Shown here: piece by piece, positions 23,626-33,439 of the stretch | Layout of the letters: every line of letters starts with the position of its first letter | How positions within the stretch are numbered: position 1 is the stretch's first letter | Virus record (IMG/VR): IMGVR_UViG_3300042844_000089 | Span: 1 to 34,056 of that record | Strand: one strand, 5' to 3' | Source: a virus | Taxonomy: Duplodnaviria; Caudoviricetes | Length of the DNA stretch: 34,056 nt | Position numbers and translations under genes: made by a program | Notes under the pieces: generated by a model | Told to the model about the DNA's origin: nothing | Databases searched by the model: none | What the model saw: only the letters and a program-made list of their open reading frames with translations

Positions 23626-23970
23626 TCACTCGTCGTATGAGCCGCCCTCGCCCTCCCAGACGCAGATCAGGGCACGCGCTCTCGCCCGGGACGCTTTCCG
23701 CCGTTCACGCTTGAGTCGCGCCGCACGCGTGGCGCCCCGCTCGAAAATCTTCTGCACCCTCACGCCGGGCCGTTGGGTCGTCAGGTGGAAGATGTTCCGG
23801 CCGCATCCGTCGAAGCAGACCGTCGGGTAGTACGTCTTGCCCGTCACGAACTTGTTCCGGTCCTTCGCCGCGTCGGCCGCCCCGCTCAGGGTGTATGCCT
23901 GCTTGCCGCACGGGTTGCGGGACGTCTGGGCGATCTTGGCGAGGTCTTCAAACGTGATCTTTTTCTTCAT
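23626..23970 (-). CDS. Basic zinc-finger-like hypothetical protein
   Basis: CGKQAY....A..AA...Y..C..C...FHLT motif; GGAGGAG RBS. Confidence 0.7.
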   Translation of the reverse strand: MKKKITFEDLAKIAQTSRNPCGKQAYTLSGAADAAKDRNKFVTGKTYYPTVCFDGCGRNIFHLTTQRPGVRVQKIFERGATRAARLKRERRKASRARARALICVWEGEGGSYDE

Positions 23971-24069
23971 CAGTCTCTCCTCCGATGAGCCCCGGCGACA
24001 CAGCGCCGGGGCTTGCTCCACACACCTGCACAGATCTCCACACATGAACCGACGGATCTCCATAACGCC

Positions 24070-24519
24070 CTACTTCGCCCGGTAGACCGTTCCGCCGACG
24101 ATCTCCTCGTCGGATGCCCGCATGAAGCGGGCGGTCACTTCCTTGATCTGCGGAAGGTCCCGGAACTTGAAGGTCTTCGGAGGGTTCATCGCCTGCCGCT
24201 TGCCCAGGTCGAGCTGACCGATCACGGCCAGCAGGTACCGGTCGCACAGGGCCAGCTTCGCCGCCTCCCACGTCCACACCTCGAACCACTCCCGGATCAC
24301 GTCCCGCCGACCGCTGGCGGCAGCCGTCCCCAGTCGCTTCCGGTACCTCTCGGCCAGACGGTCGGCATGCTGGTACTGCTCGCCGATCCACTCCCGCTCC
24401 GCCACCAGGCGCGGCGCGTCACGGGGCTCGATCACCCACAGCTCCCCGGGCGGAACGAGACGTCCCAGCGGACCGAAGTCGTCGGCACTCAGATACTTTC
24501 CCTTGACCGGCGTTGTCAT
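24070..24519 (-). CDS. Hypothetical protein coupled to dnaB
   Basis: ATGA overlap. Confidence 0.7.
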   Translation of the reverse strand: MTTPVKGKYLSADDFGPLGRLVPPGELWVIEPRDAPRLVAEREWIGEQYQHADRLAERYRKRLGTAAASGRRDVIREWFEVWTWEAAKLALCDRYLLAVIGQLDLGKRQAMNPPKTFKFRDLPQIKEVTARFMRASDEEIVGGTVYRAK

Positions 24520-25874
24520 CGTGCCCCCATGAACGCTTCGGACATGTTGACGAATCGGCTGTACTTGCCGTCGAACAACATCTCGCGCTGCGCCGTGATG
24601 CCCCCACGGTTCTTCGCGAGGATGATGTCGGCGGCCTTGCCGCGCTCCGTCTCCGGGTCATGCTTGAAGGGAAGATTGACGAGGATGGCCACGTTCGCGT
24701 CCTGCTCAATCTGGCCCGACTGGCGCAGATCAGTCAGCTTCGGAATGTTGTCCTCGCGCTTCGCCGAGTCGCGGTTGAGCTGTGCCAGCACGATGACCAC
24801 GACATCCAGCTTGCGAGCCATCTTGCGCAAGGCATTCGATACACTGGCTACATCCTGCGTTTCGTTCCCCGTTGGATTGTCGGGCGCCACGATCTGGATG
24901 TAGTCAATCACGACGACCTTGACACCCTTGTCCTTTACGAGCTTGCGCGTTTTCAGCGCAATCTCGCCTACCGTCTGCCCCGAGTCGTCATCGATGTACA
25001 ACGGGTAATCCTGCTGGGCCGCGTCGTACTCCATGAGGCGTTCGATGGCCTCCGTACCCACGGTACCGTCTCGAATTTCCTCAAACGGCACGTTCGCTGC
25101 TGCGGCTGCATTGCGCTGACCGAGATCGAGGCATTTCATCTCCAGCGAGAAAATTGCCGCAGGGATTCCGTTGTCGGCAACGTTCCTGGCGATCTGTGCA
25201 CCAAGGCAAGTCTTCCCATGGCCAGGACGTCCAGCGATCACGATGTACTGTCCGGCCCGCATCCCGCCGGTCAGCTCGTCGATGTCGGGAATGCCCATCG
25301 GGATCCCGGGTTCCTGCTTCTTGCCGTACAGGATGTGCCCGAGTGCCGACTCCGACGCCTGGGCGGCCGTGTGCATGGTTTCCGACTTGACCGAGACGTC
25401 GATCACGTTGGAAACGTTTGTAGCCACCTGACCGGCCACTTCGCCGTACGGCAGTGCTCCCGACTGCACGAGAGCACTGGACTCCAGCAGAACCGCGTGG
25501 AGCTGACGCCTGCGGTACAGGCTGAGCAGGGTCCTCGCATCACCGTCCGCGCCGGTCAGGACTCCGGCCCGGCCCGGCAGGCCGTGAACGTGATCGAACA
25601 GCTCCTCGGTCAGCTCACCCTTTTCGCGGAGTTCCGCCACGACAGATACGGGATCCGTTGGCCGGTTGTCCACGAAACAGGCCAGGAACGCCTCGTATGT
25701 GAGGCGGTTCAACGGACCATGGAACACCTCGGATCCGGCATCCCGGAGAACTTCGGTCACCTGGTCCCGGCAGTCGAGGGGATGGCCGTCGGAAACCAGC
25801 AGTTCCCCCAGGACGGCCGTCTCGGCCAGCGGATCGACCATTGTCGCCATGCCGATTGAGCGCACTTCAGCCAC
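24516..25874 (-). CDS. dnaB: Replicative DNA helicase, DnaB family
   Basis: AGRPGHGKT, FSLEM, IDYIQ, AQLNR, DLRQSGQIEQDA and KNRGG motifs. Confidence 0.97.
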   Translation of the reverse strand: MAEVRSIGMATMVDPLAETAVLGELLVSDGHPLDCRDQVTEVLRDAGSEVFHGPLNRLTYEAFLACFVDNRPTDPVSVVAELREKGELTEELFDHVHGLPGRAGVLTGADGDARTLLSLYRRRQLHAVLLESSALVQSGALPYGEVAGQVATNVSNVIDVSVKSETMHTAAQASESALGHILYGKKQEPGIPMGIPDIDELTGGMRAGQYIVIAGRPGHGKTCLGAQIARNVADNGIPAAIFSLEMKCLDLGQRNAAAAANVPFEEIRDGTVGTEAIERLMEYDAAQQDYPLYIDDDSGQTVGEIALKTRKLVKDKGVKVVVIDYIQIVAPDNPTGNETQDVASVSNALRKMARKLDVVVIVLAQLNRDSAKREDNIPKLTDLRQSGQIEQDANVAILVNLPFKHDPETERGKAADIILAKNRGGITAQREMLFDGKYSRFVNMSEAFMGAR

Positions 25875-25901
25875 GTCTACTTTTCTCCATTTCCGGTACC
25901 G

Positions 25902-26987
25902 CTACGGATTTCCGAAACGCCTTCTCTTATCACCGGCCCGCTCGGCGGCCAGCTTCCGCATCAGCTCTGCGGCCTTCTGCTGCTCCTCGGGGCTGAGCAC
26001 CTCACGCCCCTCCCGCCGGGGAATGACGAAACCGTTCCTCTTTGGAACGAACCCTGCGGGGACTGCGACCTCATGGGCCTGAGGTGCTGCCGACTTGGTG
26101 GCCTTCGGAGGTGCGCCCAGGTCGGGGATCTTGCCGATCAGGAGCTGCTCCGGCATCCGGATGTGCGAGTTCAGCTCGGCGGCCAGCCGCTTCGCGAGAA
26201 CGCGGGGCTGCCATCCCAGCGCCAGCACGGGGGCCGCCGCATCGGCGATCCTCTTGCACTGACCCGGCATCAGGCGCAGCTTCGGGTCCGTGAGCCCGGC
26301 CGTGAACTCCTCCAGTGCACCGGCGAAATCGGCGGCGGGTCCCGAAGTCGCCGTGGGCACGTTCGGCTTGACGGTCATCGGAGTGTCCAGACCCGACAGG
26401 TCGAACTCGGGTTCCTCCTGGACTGCCGCGCTGGCCATTGATTCAAGCGGGGGGGCTTCAATGGCGGGAATCATCACCGATTCCTCCGGCCCCTTCACTC
26501 GTCGAGGTCGCTCGCGGATACCCTTCCCAGTGCCGCGATTCACTTTTTCCGTCGAGCGGAAACGATCTCCCGTCGCAGTCGGATCCTCGCTGAGGGACAC
26601 CTCCCGAAAGGTTGCATGGGGAGGCATTTTCGTGGACTTCTCTTTGTCGAAAACGCTCAGAAAGCCCTCATAGTCCTGGCCTGGATCCACTACAAATTCA
26701 TACTCTCCGCCACCCCCATCTTTCGTGTTGATGTTGGTTCTGCGGAGTGCCCCGTTTTCAACCAGATTGCGAAGTGCTTCACGGACCGTCTTTGTTGAAA
26801 ACATGCCGTCCATGATCTGCACGAACCACTCGGCCGTGGCCCGGAAGCCATGCTCCGGAAACGCCATCGTCTCGTGCTTCGTGCGCCCCTTGGCCAGTAG
26901 GTAGACCCGGCAAGCCGTGTGGGTGATCTTCTTGTTCAGGATCACCCAGTCGTCGGCATTTGTGTAGTGACGTTCCGTCCTGGCCAT
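25902..26987 (-). CDS. Putative phage-type replication initiator (N-terminal wHTH)
   Basis: YT..DDWVI....IT.TACRVY...TVREALRNLVENG wHTH pattern; directly upstream of dnaB. Confidence 0.7.
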   Translation of the reverse strand: MARTERHYTNADDWVILNKKITHTACRVYLLAKGRTKHETMAFPEHGFRATAEWFVQIMDGMFSTKTVREALRNLVENGALRRTNINTKDGGGGEYEFVVDPGQDYEGFLSVFDKEKSTKMPPHATFREVSLSEDPTATGDRFRSTEKVNRGTGKGIRERPRRVKGPEESVMIPAIEAPPLESMASAAVQEEPEFDLSGLDTPMTVKPNVPTATSGPAADFAGALEEFTAGLTDPKLRLMPGQCKRIADAAAPVLALGWQPRVLAKRLAAELNSHIRMPEQLLIGKIPDLGAPPKATKSAAPQAHEVAVPAGFVPKRNGFVIPRREGREVLSPEEQQKAAELMRKLAAERAGDKRRRFGNP

Positions 26988-27019
26988 TGCGGTGCTACCC
27001 TTCCAGCAGTGATGTTTTC

Positions 27020-27047
27020 AGGCCCCGATCTCACCTGATCGGGGCCT
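27020..27047. terminator. Hairpin between the initiator paralogs
   Basis: AGGCCCCGATC/GATCGGGGCCT 11-bp inverted repeat; the T-rich tail is on the plus strand. Confidence 0.5.
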
Positions 27048-27060
27048 CACTCTTTGCCCC

Positions 27061-27438
27061 TCAGGCGCAAGCCAGTTCGGGAACTTCATACCGGCTCAGC
27101 GAACCGTCGAGAACCTTCTGGATGGTGGGCGGGTAGCCCTCCTCCTGGAAGCGGATCTTCGATCCGGCCAGGTAGGTCGCGAATTTCGTCAGGGCTCCAG
27201 CAGCGAGAAGCTCCTGAAGTGCAGAGGATCCATCACCCCCGCTGGCCCAGTCGGCCCACTCTCTGGTGACGGTGAACCTCTTCCCGCCGAGTCGTTCTTG
27301 CTGGGCCTCGTAGCAGAAGCGGGCATACAACGCTATGGACCCCGCCGACAGATCCTCGTCCCCCAGAACCCAGTCGGCCAGCTCTGTCTTCGCACCGTAC
27401 CGCTGAAGCTCGTATGCCGTGAGAGGAAGCGTACTCAT
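27061..27438 (-). CDS. Short wHTH paralog of the initiator N-terminal domain
   Basis: AAGGAG RBS; DWV, F.vT.EW and AL..L...GAL blocks shared with 25902-26987. Confidence 0.7.
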   Translation of the reverse strand: MSTLPLTAYELQRYGAKTELADWVLGDEDLSAGSIALYARFCYEAQQERLGGKRFTVTREWADWASGGDGSSALQELLAAGALTKFATYLAGSKIRFQEEGYPPTIQKVLDGSLSRYEVPELACA

Positions 27439-27514
27439 GTCGTTCTCCTTTCCGAGCCACGAGCGTACCAGGTCCAAGTTCCGCAACAACAAGACCCGCC
27501 AACAACTTTGACTG

Positions 27515-27926
27515 CTAGAAGAAGTCCGGGTTGATCATGTAGATCGGCTCCCCGTTCGCCTCGTCCTCAAGCATGGCGATCCCGCCGTCGATGTCGAGAC
27601 GGTCGAAGTCCTCTTGCGTCACAGGTCCCGCGTAGTGCGACGGCAAATCCTCGGCCAGTCTCAGCAGGCCATCCTCAGTACGTTCCAGCAGCCCCGACTT
27701 TTCGAGCACGCCGAGGGCGCGCTTGATCTGGCTCACGGAGAGCCGCCCCCCCTCCTCCTTGGTACCTCTCCACGACCTCAGCCCTGGAGAAGGAGGCACC
27801 GAACTCCACATTGTCCAGCAATGTGGAGTTCATGAGGAGTGCCCGAGTCCCGCTGTCGCCATCCCCCGGGATGAGGAGTGCACCGGCGATCGTGTTCCTG
27901 CGCCACTTCAGCCCACGCTCAATCAT
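27515..27926 (-). pseudogene. wHTH protein split by a single-base frameshift near a G7 run (27746-27752)
   Basis: MIERGLKW...FSRAEVVERY and KEEGGRLSVSQIKRALGVLEKSGLLER join on deleting 1 nt. Confidence 0.6.
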
Positions 27927-28004
27927 GTCTAGACCTCTTCTTCGGTGATGTTGATGAAACAGTACCACACGAGGTCCATATGGGCACATCAAGAGGCACT
28001 CCCT

Positions 28005-28175
28005 GCACCTATGCGTATAGGGGTAGAGGTTACGTCGAGGTCAGAGCACCTTCCCCATTTAAGGTACCCCCCATGGGTACCTGTAGGGGTAAGGGCTTAC
28101 CCTTTTATGCCGCGTCGATAAGCCCCTGACCTGCGAGAATGGGGCCCCGGGCTACGGTAAGAAGGTAAGAAGTAT
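28005..28175. other. Candidate replication origin or control region
   Basis: Lower-GC non-coding divergence point with clustered palindromes and GGTA repeats. Confidence 0.4.
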
Positions 28176-28607
28176 TCCTCCTCGTCAGAGAGGGCTCTTC
28201 CGCTCGGTCAGGCTTGCAAGCTGGGATGGGTTCCCCACCCACCCAGCCGCACCCGACCTCCCTTCAGATCCCTCTCTTCCTCGTCGTCACCAGGGCCGCG
28301 CCGCTCCGCGCCGCGCCGGGACGGAGGGAGGACATCGCTTCGCTCGGGGGAGAGACATCTGTGGCTGGCACGGGTGGCCGGGTGCGGCACAACCTTCGAA
28401 CCGATCGCCAGCACAGGCATCCGGTAGGCCAGCCGTTCGCCTGCGAGCCGGAGGCCGCGCGGGCGTCTCCTGGGGTGCGGGCTGGCGCCGTCGGCCGCCT
28501 GCGGGCCACTGGGGCCCTTCGGGGGACGTGAGAGACGAGAGTCCCGAAGGCTGTTCGGTGACTGAACTTCTCTGGTAGACTGTTCGATATCGGACAGGGG
28601 AGACGTG

Positions 28608-28925
28608 ATGTCGTACGAAGTGCTGACCTTGGAGCAGATCCGGACTCTGACGGGTCACGAGCAGACGGACGCGGTCCGCATGGCTCTGCGCCGGGCCGGG
28701 GTCCAGGCGGCTGGCATCACCCAGGGGGACGCAAGTTCCTGGCCGCCGAGAAAGCTCTATGCGGCGAACGCGGTGTGGCACGTCTTCAGCTCCCGCATCC
28801 TCGCGCACATGACGAAGGATCCGTCCGTAAGGGATTTCTGCTGGGAAGTTTTCGGCAGGCTGATCAAAACCACCGTTTCGGTCGAGACCGTACGGACCAT
28901 TTTCACGGAGAGGCTGGACGGATGA
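28608..28925 (+). CDS. Hypothetical protein, first rightward gene
   Basis: GGGGAG RBS; TAGACT -10 at 28576-28581. Confidence 0.7.
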   Translation: MSYEVLTLEQIRTLTGHEQTDAVRMALRRAGVQAAGITQGDASSWPPRKLYAANAVWHVFSSRILAHMTKDPSVRDFCWEVFGRLIKTTVSVETVRTIFTERLDG

Positions 28926-29302
28926 ACAGCGGCAAATTCGACGCCAAGCTCGACAGGATCGAGAAAGCCGTATGGCGGGAGATGTCCCGGGCGAGCGGCG
29001 AGTGGGACCGCAAGCGCGTCGCGGAACTCGTCTTCGATCTCGACCTCATCAGCATCACGGAACCCCCCTTCCGGCTGCCTGGTGCACGGCTGGTCCTGGA
29101 GCGCCTCGCCGAGGAGTACCCGGACCAGGTCCAGAAGCTGCCGGGCAAGCTCTTCACGTACCGGGTGCTGGCGGCGCCCAATATCGTGAAGGTCATCGCC
29201 CCGAGGGATCTGCTGGAGCAGGCGCAGGCGAAGTCCGGCCTGGATGAGGAGGCCGCCGTGACGGCCGCGCTCCGGGTGTACCTCAAGCTCCTCAACGCGT
29301 GA
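28922..29302 (+). CDS. Hypothetical protein
   Basis: ATGA overlap. Confidence 0.7.
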   Translation: MNSGKFDAKLDRIEKAVWREMSRASGEWDRKRVAELVFDLDLISITEPPFRLPGARLVLERLAEEYPDQVQKLPGKLFTYRVLAAPNIVKVIAPRDLLEQAQAKSGLDEEAAVTAALRVYLKLLNA

Positions 29303-29354
29303 GGAGGGTTCATGATTCCGCCAGATCCGCCCTTCGGAAAGGACGCAGTACCCC

Positions 29355-29765
29355 GTGATCCGCCACGATCGTCTCCTCATCAGCAGAAAACCCTACGCCT
29401 TCGACCTGTCAACCCTGACGGTGAAGCAGAGTCCCCAAGGTGACCGCTTCTACCTTCGCGGCTCCGTGGACGCGGTCTGGTTCCGCAAGAGGGAAGGCGT
29501 CGTCCGTGCCTGCCTGGGTCCGCTCAGGCTCTGGGGGCAGTACCTGCCCGAGCCCGTCGACATCACGGACCCCCTTGCGGTTCTCGCCGCCGACCTGGAT
29601 GGCCGTTACGGCGGCGACACGCAGGGCCGCTGGGACGGCGAAGGGTACTGGGGTGCGCAGAAACCTGCTGTAATGGAGCAGCATCTGGCGATTCTTCAGC
29701 CGATGCTCAGCAATCTCCCCGCGCTGCCTGACGGATACTCGGGCTGGTGGACCTTCCAGTCCTGA
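29355..29765 (+). CDS. Hypothetical protein
   Basis: AAAGGA RBS, GTG start. Confidence 0.7.
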   Translation: MIRHDRLLISRKPYAFDLSTLTVKQSPQGDRFYLRGSVDAVWFRKREGVVRACLGPLRLWGQYLPEPVDITDPLAVLAADLDGRYGGDTQGRWDGEGYWGAQKPAVMEQHLAILQPMLSNLPALPDGYSGWWTFQS

Positions 29766-29794
29766 CGCGGCGGAACCGGAGAGGGGACCCCGTC

Positions 29795-30028
29795 GTGGGC
29801 TGGTTTTTCGAGGACAAGGTGGAGCTGGTCTCCACGGGCAAGGTCATCGCCGTGGAGCGGTCGACGGGCAGGCGCACGTCGGGGCTGGGCAAGGTGGCAC
29901 TGCTCGCGGCGGTCATCTGGCTCTTCGGGTCGGATCACGGCGGAGGCCAGCAGGCGCAGCCTCGTCCGGATGTGACGCGGACCACCCCTTCCGCGCAGCC
30001 CTCCAGCCCCGCCGGAACCCTCCGCTGA
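29795..30028 (+). CDS. Small membrane-anchored protein
   Basis: One hydrophobic segment (VALLAAVIWLF) and a Pro/Thr-rich tail; start uncertain. Confidence 0.55.
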   Translation: MGWFFEDKVELVSTGKVIAVERSTGRRTSGLGKVALLAAVIWLFGSDHGGGQQAQPRPDVTRTTPSAQPSSPAGTLR

Positions 30029-30063
30029 TTCCCAACTCGACTGGCATTTGGTAGAGTTGAGGA

Positions 30064-30309
30064 ATGAAGAGCTTGAAAGAGATCAAGAAATCCAGCAAAA
30101 CGGACCAGCGGAAGATCCTGAAGAACTGCCAGACGGGTATGTTCCTCGGCTTCACGGGGCTGTTCATTCCCACCTTCGCGCCACTGGCCACCGGTTCAGT
30201 TCTCCCGACCCCGCTCGCCCTGAGTCTGGCTGGCGTGGGCGGCGGCACGGCCCTGATCGCGAACGTCGTGACCAACCTGCTCACGGACGACGAGAAGTCC
30301 GGTTCGTGA
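30064..30309 (+). CDS. Small two-TM membrane protein, probably leaderless
   Basis: TAGAGT -10 (30052-30057) ends 6 nt before the ATG; two hydrophobic segments. Confidence 0.6.
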   Translation: MKSLKEIKKSSKTDQRKILKNCQTGMFLGFTGLFIPTFAPLATGSVLPTPLALSLAGVGGGTALIANVVTNLLTDDEKSGS

Positions 30310-30340
30310 ATCACGTGAAGAATTCACGAGAGGATGCCCT

Positions 30341-31780
30341 GTGACCACACACATCTGCGAGTTCGAGCCGCCGGACGGCGACGCGTTTGCCGTCACCACG
30401 CGGGCCGAGAGCCGGGCGGCCGTTTCGGCAACGCTGTGGGCTGCGGCCGAGCACCATATCGTCGCCGAATGGATCTGCTGCGAGCCGCTGGCGCCGGGCC
30501 ACAAGCTGTGCGCCAAGGGGTACGCCGCGCTCGGCATGGTGAAGACGCTCCTCGTGGACAGCGATCCGGAGAAGGCGTGGAATCCGAACGCGCCGCTGCT
30601 GGACGCGGTCCTGTCCATGCTGCCCGACGCTGCCCGCCTGCAAGTCGAACTCGCGAGCATGCGCCACCTGCTGCGCACGGAGAACCAGCGCGCCAACTCG
30701 GCGATCGATCGAGAGACGACCACCGAGGATGCCGAGGAGGAACAGCGCCTGGCCCTGTCGGCCGCGCTCGGTCTCGGCATCGGCGCGCCGTGGGATGCGA
30801 TTCGGGAACGCGCGGGCGAACTGGCCGAGAGTGGTAATCGGGCGGCCGAGGAGGTCGACGCCGACACGGTCGCGAGCCGCGCAGCCCAGGTGATCACCAT
30901 GATGGGCGCCGAGATTCGCGAGCTGAAGCAACGGCCCGACCGGGCCGCCGTGCTACGGGAAGTAGCCGATGAGTGCGACAAGGCCGGAGCCGCCTACGCC
31001 GCCCGAGCCCAGAACGAGCACGCCGCTGGCGTCTTCGCGCTGATGGAGACGTTCCTCCGCAAGGCGAGCGAGGCCGAGTATGTGGCCACGCCGTGTGACT
31101 TTGCGGGCTGCGAGCCGAACGCAGAGCCGTGCTCCACCCACGAACGGCTGATGGCCCACGCAGAAGGTGATCACGAGCTGTGTGCGCCGGACTGCGGGCC
31201 CGAGCTGCGCCGCGTGGTTGACGAGATGCCACCAGCCGACACGCGTCCGTGTCGCGGCGACGGATTCGAGTCGTGGCTGAAGGTGCAGCGCGACCTGTGC
31301 TCCGACTACCCGTCGCCCGCATGGAACGTGATGGACGGACTGCTGGATCAGTACCGTCTGCATGCCGACACCGGGACCCCGCTCAGTGAGCACGTCTGCG
31401 AGGGGCGGGCGGTCGGCGACTGTGACTGCCTGGAAAACGTGCCGTACCTGCCCGGAGCGGCCGAGCTTGAGGAGAAGCCGAGCGTGAAATCCGCGCCGTC
31501 GAAGCCTGTGGCCGCTGGCGAAGCCGTGGGACCAGCCGACGACTACGAAGCGGTGACCGGGCATTCGATCACCTGCCTCGTGGTGGCGGGCGGCGGCGGC
31601 GACCCGGACTGTCCCACCTGCCACCCGAAGTTCGGCATTCCCGGCTGCACCTGCCGTCCCTGGACGCGGCAGACGGATCCGCCGCGCTATCTGGACCAGC
31701 CGGGTGACACGCTCGACATGATCGGCGGCTGGGGGGTGGGCGACGACTGCCCGCACCATACGGTAGGAGAATCCCGATGA
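30341..31780 (+). CDS. Mosaic Cys/His-rich hypothetical protein
   Basis: 479-aa ORF with coiled segments and several Cys/His modules. Confidence 0.75.
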   Translation: MTTHICEFEPPDGDAFAVTTRAESRAAVSATLWAAAEHHIVAEWICCEPLAPGHKLCAKGYAALGMVKTLLVDSDPEKAWNPNAPLLDAVLSMLPDAARLQVELASMRHLLRTENQRANSAIDRETTTEDAEEEQRLALSAALGLGIGAPWDAIRERAGELAESGNRAAEEVDADTVASRAAQVITMMGAEIRELKQRPDRAAVLREVADECDKAGAAYAARAQNEHAAGVFALMETFLRKASEAEYVATPCDFAGCEPNAEPCSTHERLMAHAEGDHELCAPDCGPELRRVVDEMPPADTRPCRGDGFESWLKVQRDLCSDYPSPAWNVMDGLLDQYRLHADTGTPLSEHVCEGRAVGDCDCLENVPYLPGAAELEEKPSVKSAPSKPVAAGEAVGPADDYEAVTGHSITCLVVAGGGGDPDCPTCHPKFGIPGCTCRPWTRQTDPPRYLDQPGDTLDMIGGWGVGDDCPHHTVGESR

Positions 31781-32025
31781 CCGACCCGACCGCCGACGAA
31801 CTCACTCGCCAACGCCAGCAGCTCATCGAAGCCATGTCCGGAGTCAGCGAAGAACGCTGGTGCGCCGGATGGCTTCACGGCCTGGAGCAGATCCTCCACA
31901 AGGAAGGCGGCATCTGGGAGATCATCGGCCGCTCTACCGGCTGGCCTGTCGGCGACTATAAGGAATGGACCTGGTTCCCGTGGGGTGAGGCGGCGGAGAT
32001 CTTCGCCAAAGAGGCGCAGCGATGA
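31777..32025 (+). CDS. Hypothetical protein
   Basis: MSGVSEERWCAGW..GLE motif; AGGAG RBS. Confidence 0.75.
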   Translation: MTDPTADELTRQRQQLIEAMSGVSEERWCAGWLHGLEQILHKEGGIWEIIGRSTGWPVGDYKEWTWFPWGEAAEIFAKEAQR

Positions 32026-32092
32026 CCACGGCCTTCGGGTCTGGGCGCGCACCCTCCGGATAACGCCCGACAACCCTATGAAGGACTGGTTC

Positions 32093-32464
32093 ATGACCGA
32101 CCTGCCTGATGACGGCCAGCGCGACGAAGCCGCCCTCGGAAGAGTCCGCGCCCTCCTGGCCCGGTGGATCAAAGCCGGGGCGCCGCCGCTCGGCGTCTCG
32201 CTGTCCCGCTGGTGGGACAAGCGCCTGGTCGAGTTGATTACCGCCCTCGACGACCCGAAGGACCGGACCGACCCCACCACGTGGCCCCGCTGCCCGCACT
32301 GCCAGATGCCGCACGACCTCACGCCCGGCAGCGTGCCCGTCATCGTCTGCGAGTCGATCCGCCAGCGCATCGCCGAGGCCGCTCGTCTGCACAGTCTCGG
32401 TGATCACCGGCTCTGTTCCCGGGCCCACTGCGACGTGATCCGGCAACGCGACGAGGGGTCATGA
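32093..32464 (+). CDS. Hypothetical protein
   Basis: AAGGA RBS; CPHC motif. Confidence 0.6.
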   Translation: MTDLPDDGQRDEAALGRVRALLARWIKAGAPPLGVSLSRWWDKRLVELITALDDPKDRTDPTTWPRCPHCQMPHDLTPGSVPVIVCESIRQRIAEAARLHSLGDHRLCSRAHCDVIRQRDEGS

Positions 32465-32655
32465 TGCGTGAGCTGAACGCCTGCGGCTTCTCCCCCGAGA
32501 CGATCGCCGCCGAGTATGAGACCGACGCGGCCCTCGCCGAAGCCGGACAGAACATCGACGACCCGTACTTCAGGGCCGCATGGTCGGCCGAGAACGTACA
32601 CCGGACCCTCGACTGGATCGAGTCCGGAATCCTCGGGAAGGAAGCCACGGCATGA
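32461..32655 (+). CDS. Hypothetical protein
   Basis: ATGA overlaps. Confidence 0.65.
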   Translation: MMRELNACGFSPETIAAEYETDAALAEAGQNIDDPYFRAAWSAENVHRTLDWIESGILGKEATA

Positions 32656-32945
32656 CGGAGATTCCGGACTGGCTCGTCACCTACATGGTCAAGCGCGACG
32701 AACAGCGGGCTGATGCCGTCGCCGACCTCCTCGGCTCCCTCACGAACCGCGAGCGCGGCCTTGTCCACGACATGGCCGTGATGGGCTACGTGCAGGGTCT
32801 TCAGCGGCCTCTGGGTGACGGTCTGAAGAAGGGTGACGACCCGAAGATCGTGAGTCTCGTGATCGACGCATGCCTCGCCATGCCGGACCTGTACCGGACA
32901 GTCGCCGCGATCAGTAGAGACCAGCCCCTGCGGGACGCCCCGTGA
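32652..32945 (+). CDS. Hypothetical protein
   Basis: ATGA overlap, AAGGA RBS. Confidence 0.7.
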   Translation: MTEIPDWLVTYMVKRDEQRADAVADLLGSLTNRERGLVHDMAVMGYVQGLQRPLGDGLKKGDDPKIVSLVIDACLAMPDLYRTVAAISRDQPLRDAP

Positions 32946-33439
32946 GCGACTTCACGGGCTCCGCCGTCCTCTCTGAATGTGGCCGCTACCGGTACTCCCT
33001 CAGCCGTTCCTGGGCCGACGGGCCGACGGCCGTCTTCATCATGCTGAACCCCTCGACGGCCGACGCACTGGCCGACGATCCGACCATCCGGCGCCTGGCC
33101 GGAACCAACGGGTTCGCCCGCCTCTGGGGCTGCGGCTCCCTGTTCGTGGTCAATCTCTACGCCTGGCGGGCGACCCGACCGGCCGACCTGTGGACGGCCG
33201 AGGACTCGGTGGGGCCCGACAATGACATGTACCTCCGCGCCGCCGTGGCGGTCTCCGCCGCGACCGGTGGTCCGCTGGTCGCGGCCTGGGGTGCGAATGC
33301 CAGGGCGGACCGGGTGGCCGACGTGCTGAAGATCCCCGGCATGGACCGCCTGACGGCGATCGGGGTGACGAAGGCGGGCCAGCCGAAGCATCCGCTGTAC
33401 CTGAAGTCCGATCTCACTCCGCAGCCGTGGTCTCCATGA
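32942..33439 (+). CDS. DUF1643 family protein
   Basis: CGRYRYSLSRSW, FIMLNPSTAD...DDPTIRR, NLYA.RAT.P, AAWG and TK.G.PKHPLY motifs. Confidence 0.9.
   Translation: MSDFTGSAVLSECGRYRYSLSRSWADGPTAVFIMLNPSTADALADDPTIRRLAGTNGFARLWGCGSLFVVNLYAWRATRPADLWTAEDSVGPDNDMYLRAAVAVSAATGGPLVAAWGANARADRVADVLKIPGMDRLTAIGVTKAGQPKHPLYLKSDLTPQPWSP

Noticed and set aside
28200-28540. GC-rich ORFs in the divergent intergenic region
   Set aside because: Low-complexity Pro/Arg/Ala translations in all frames and no convincing start signals
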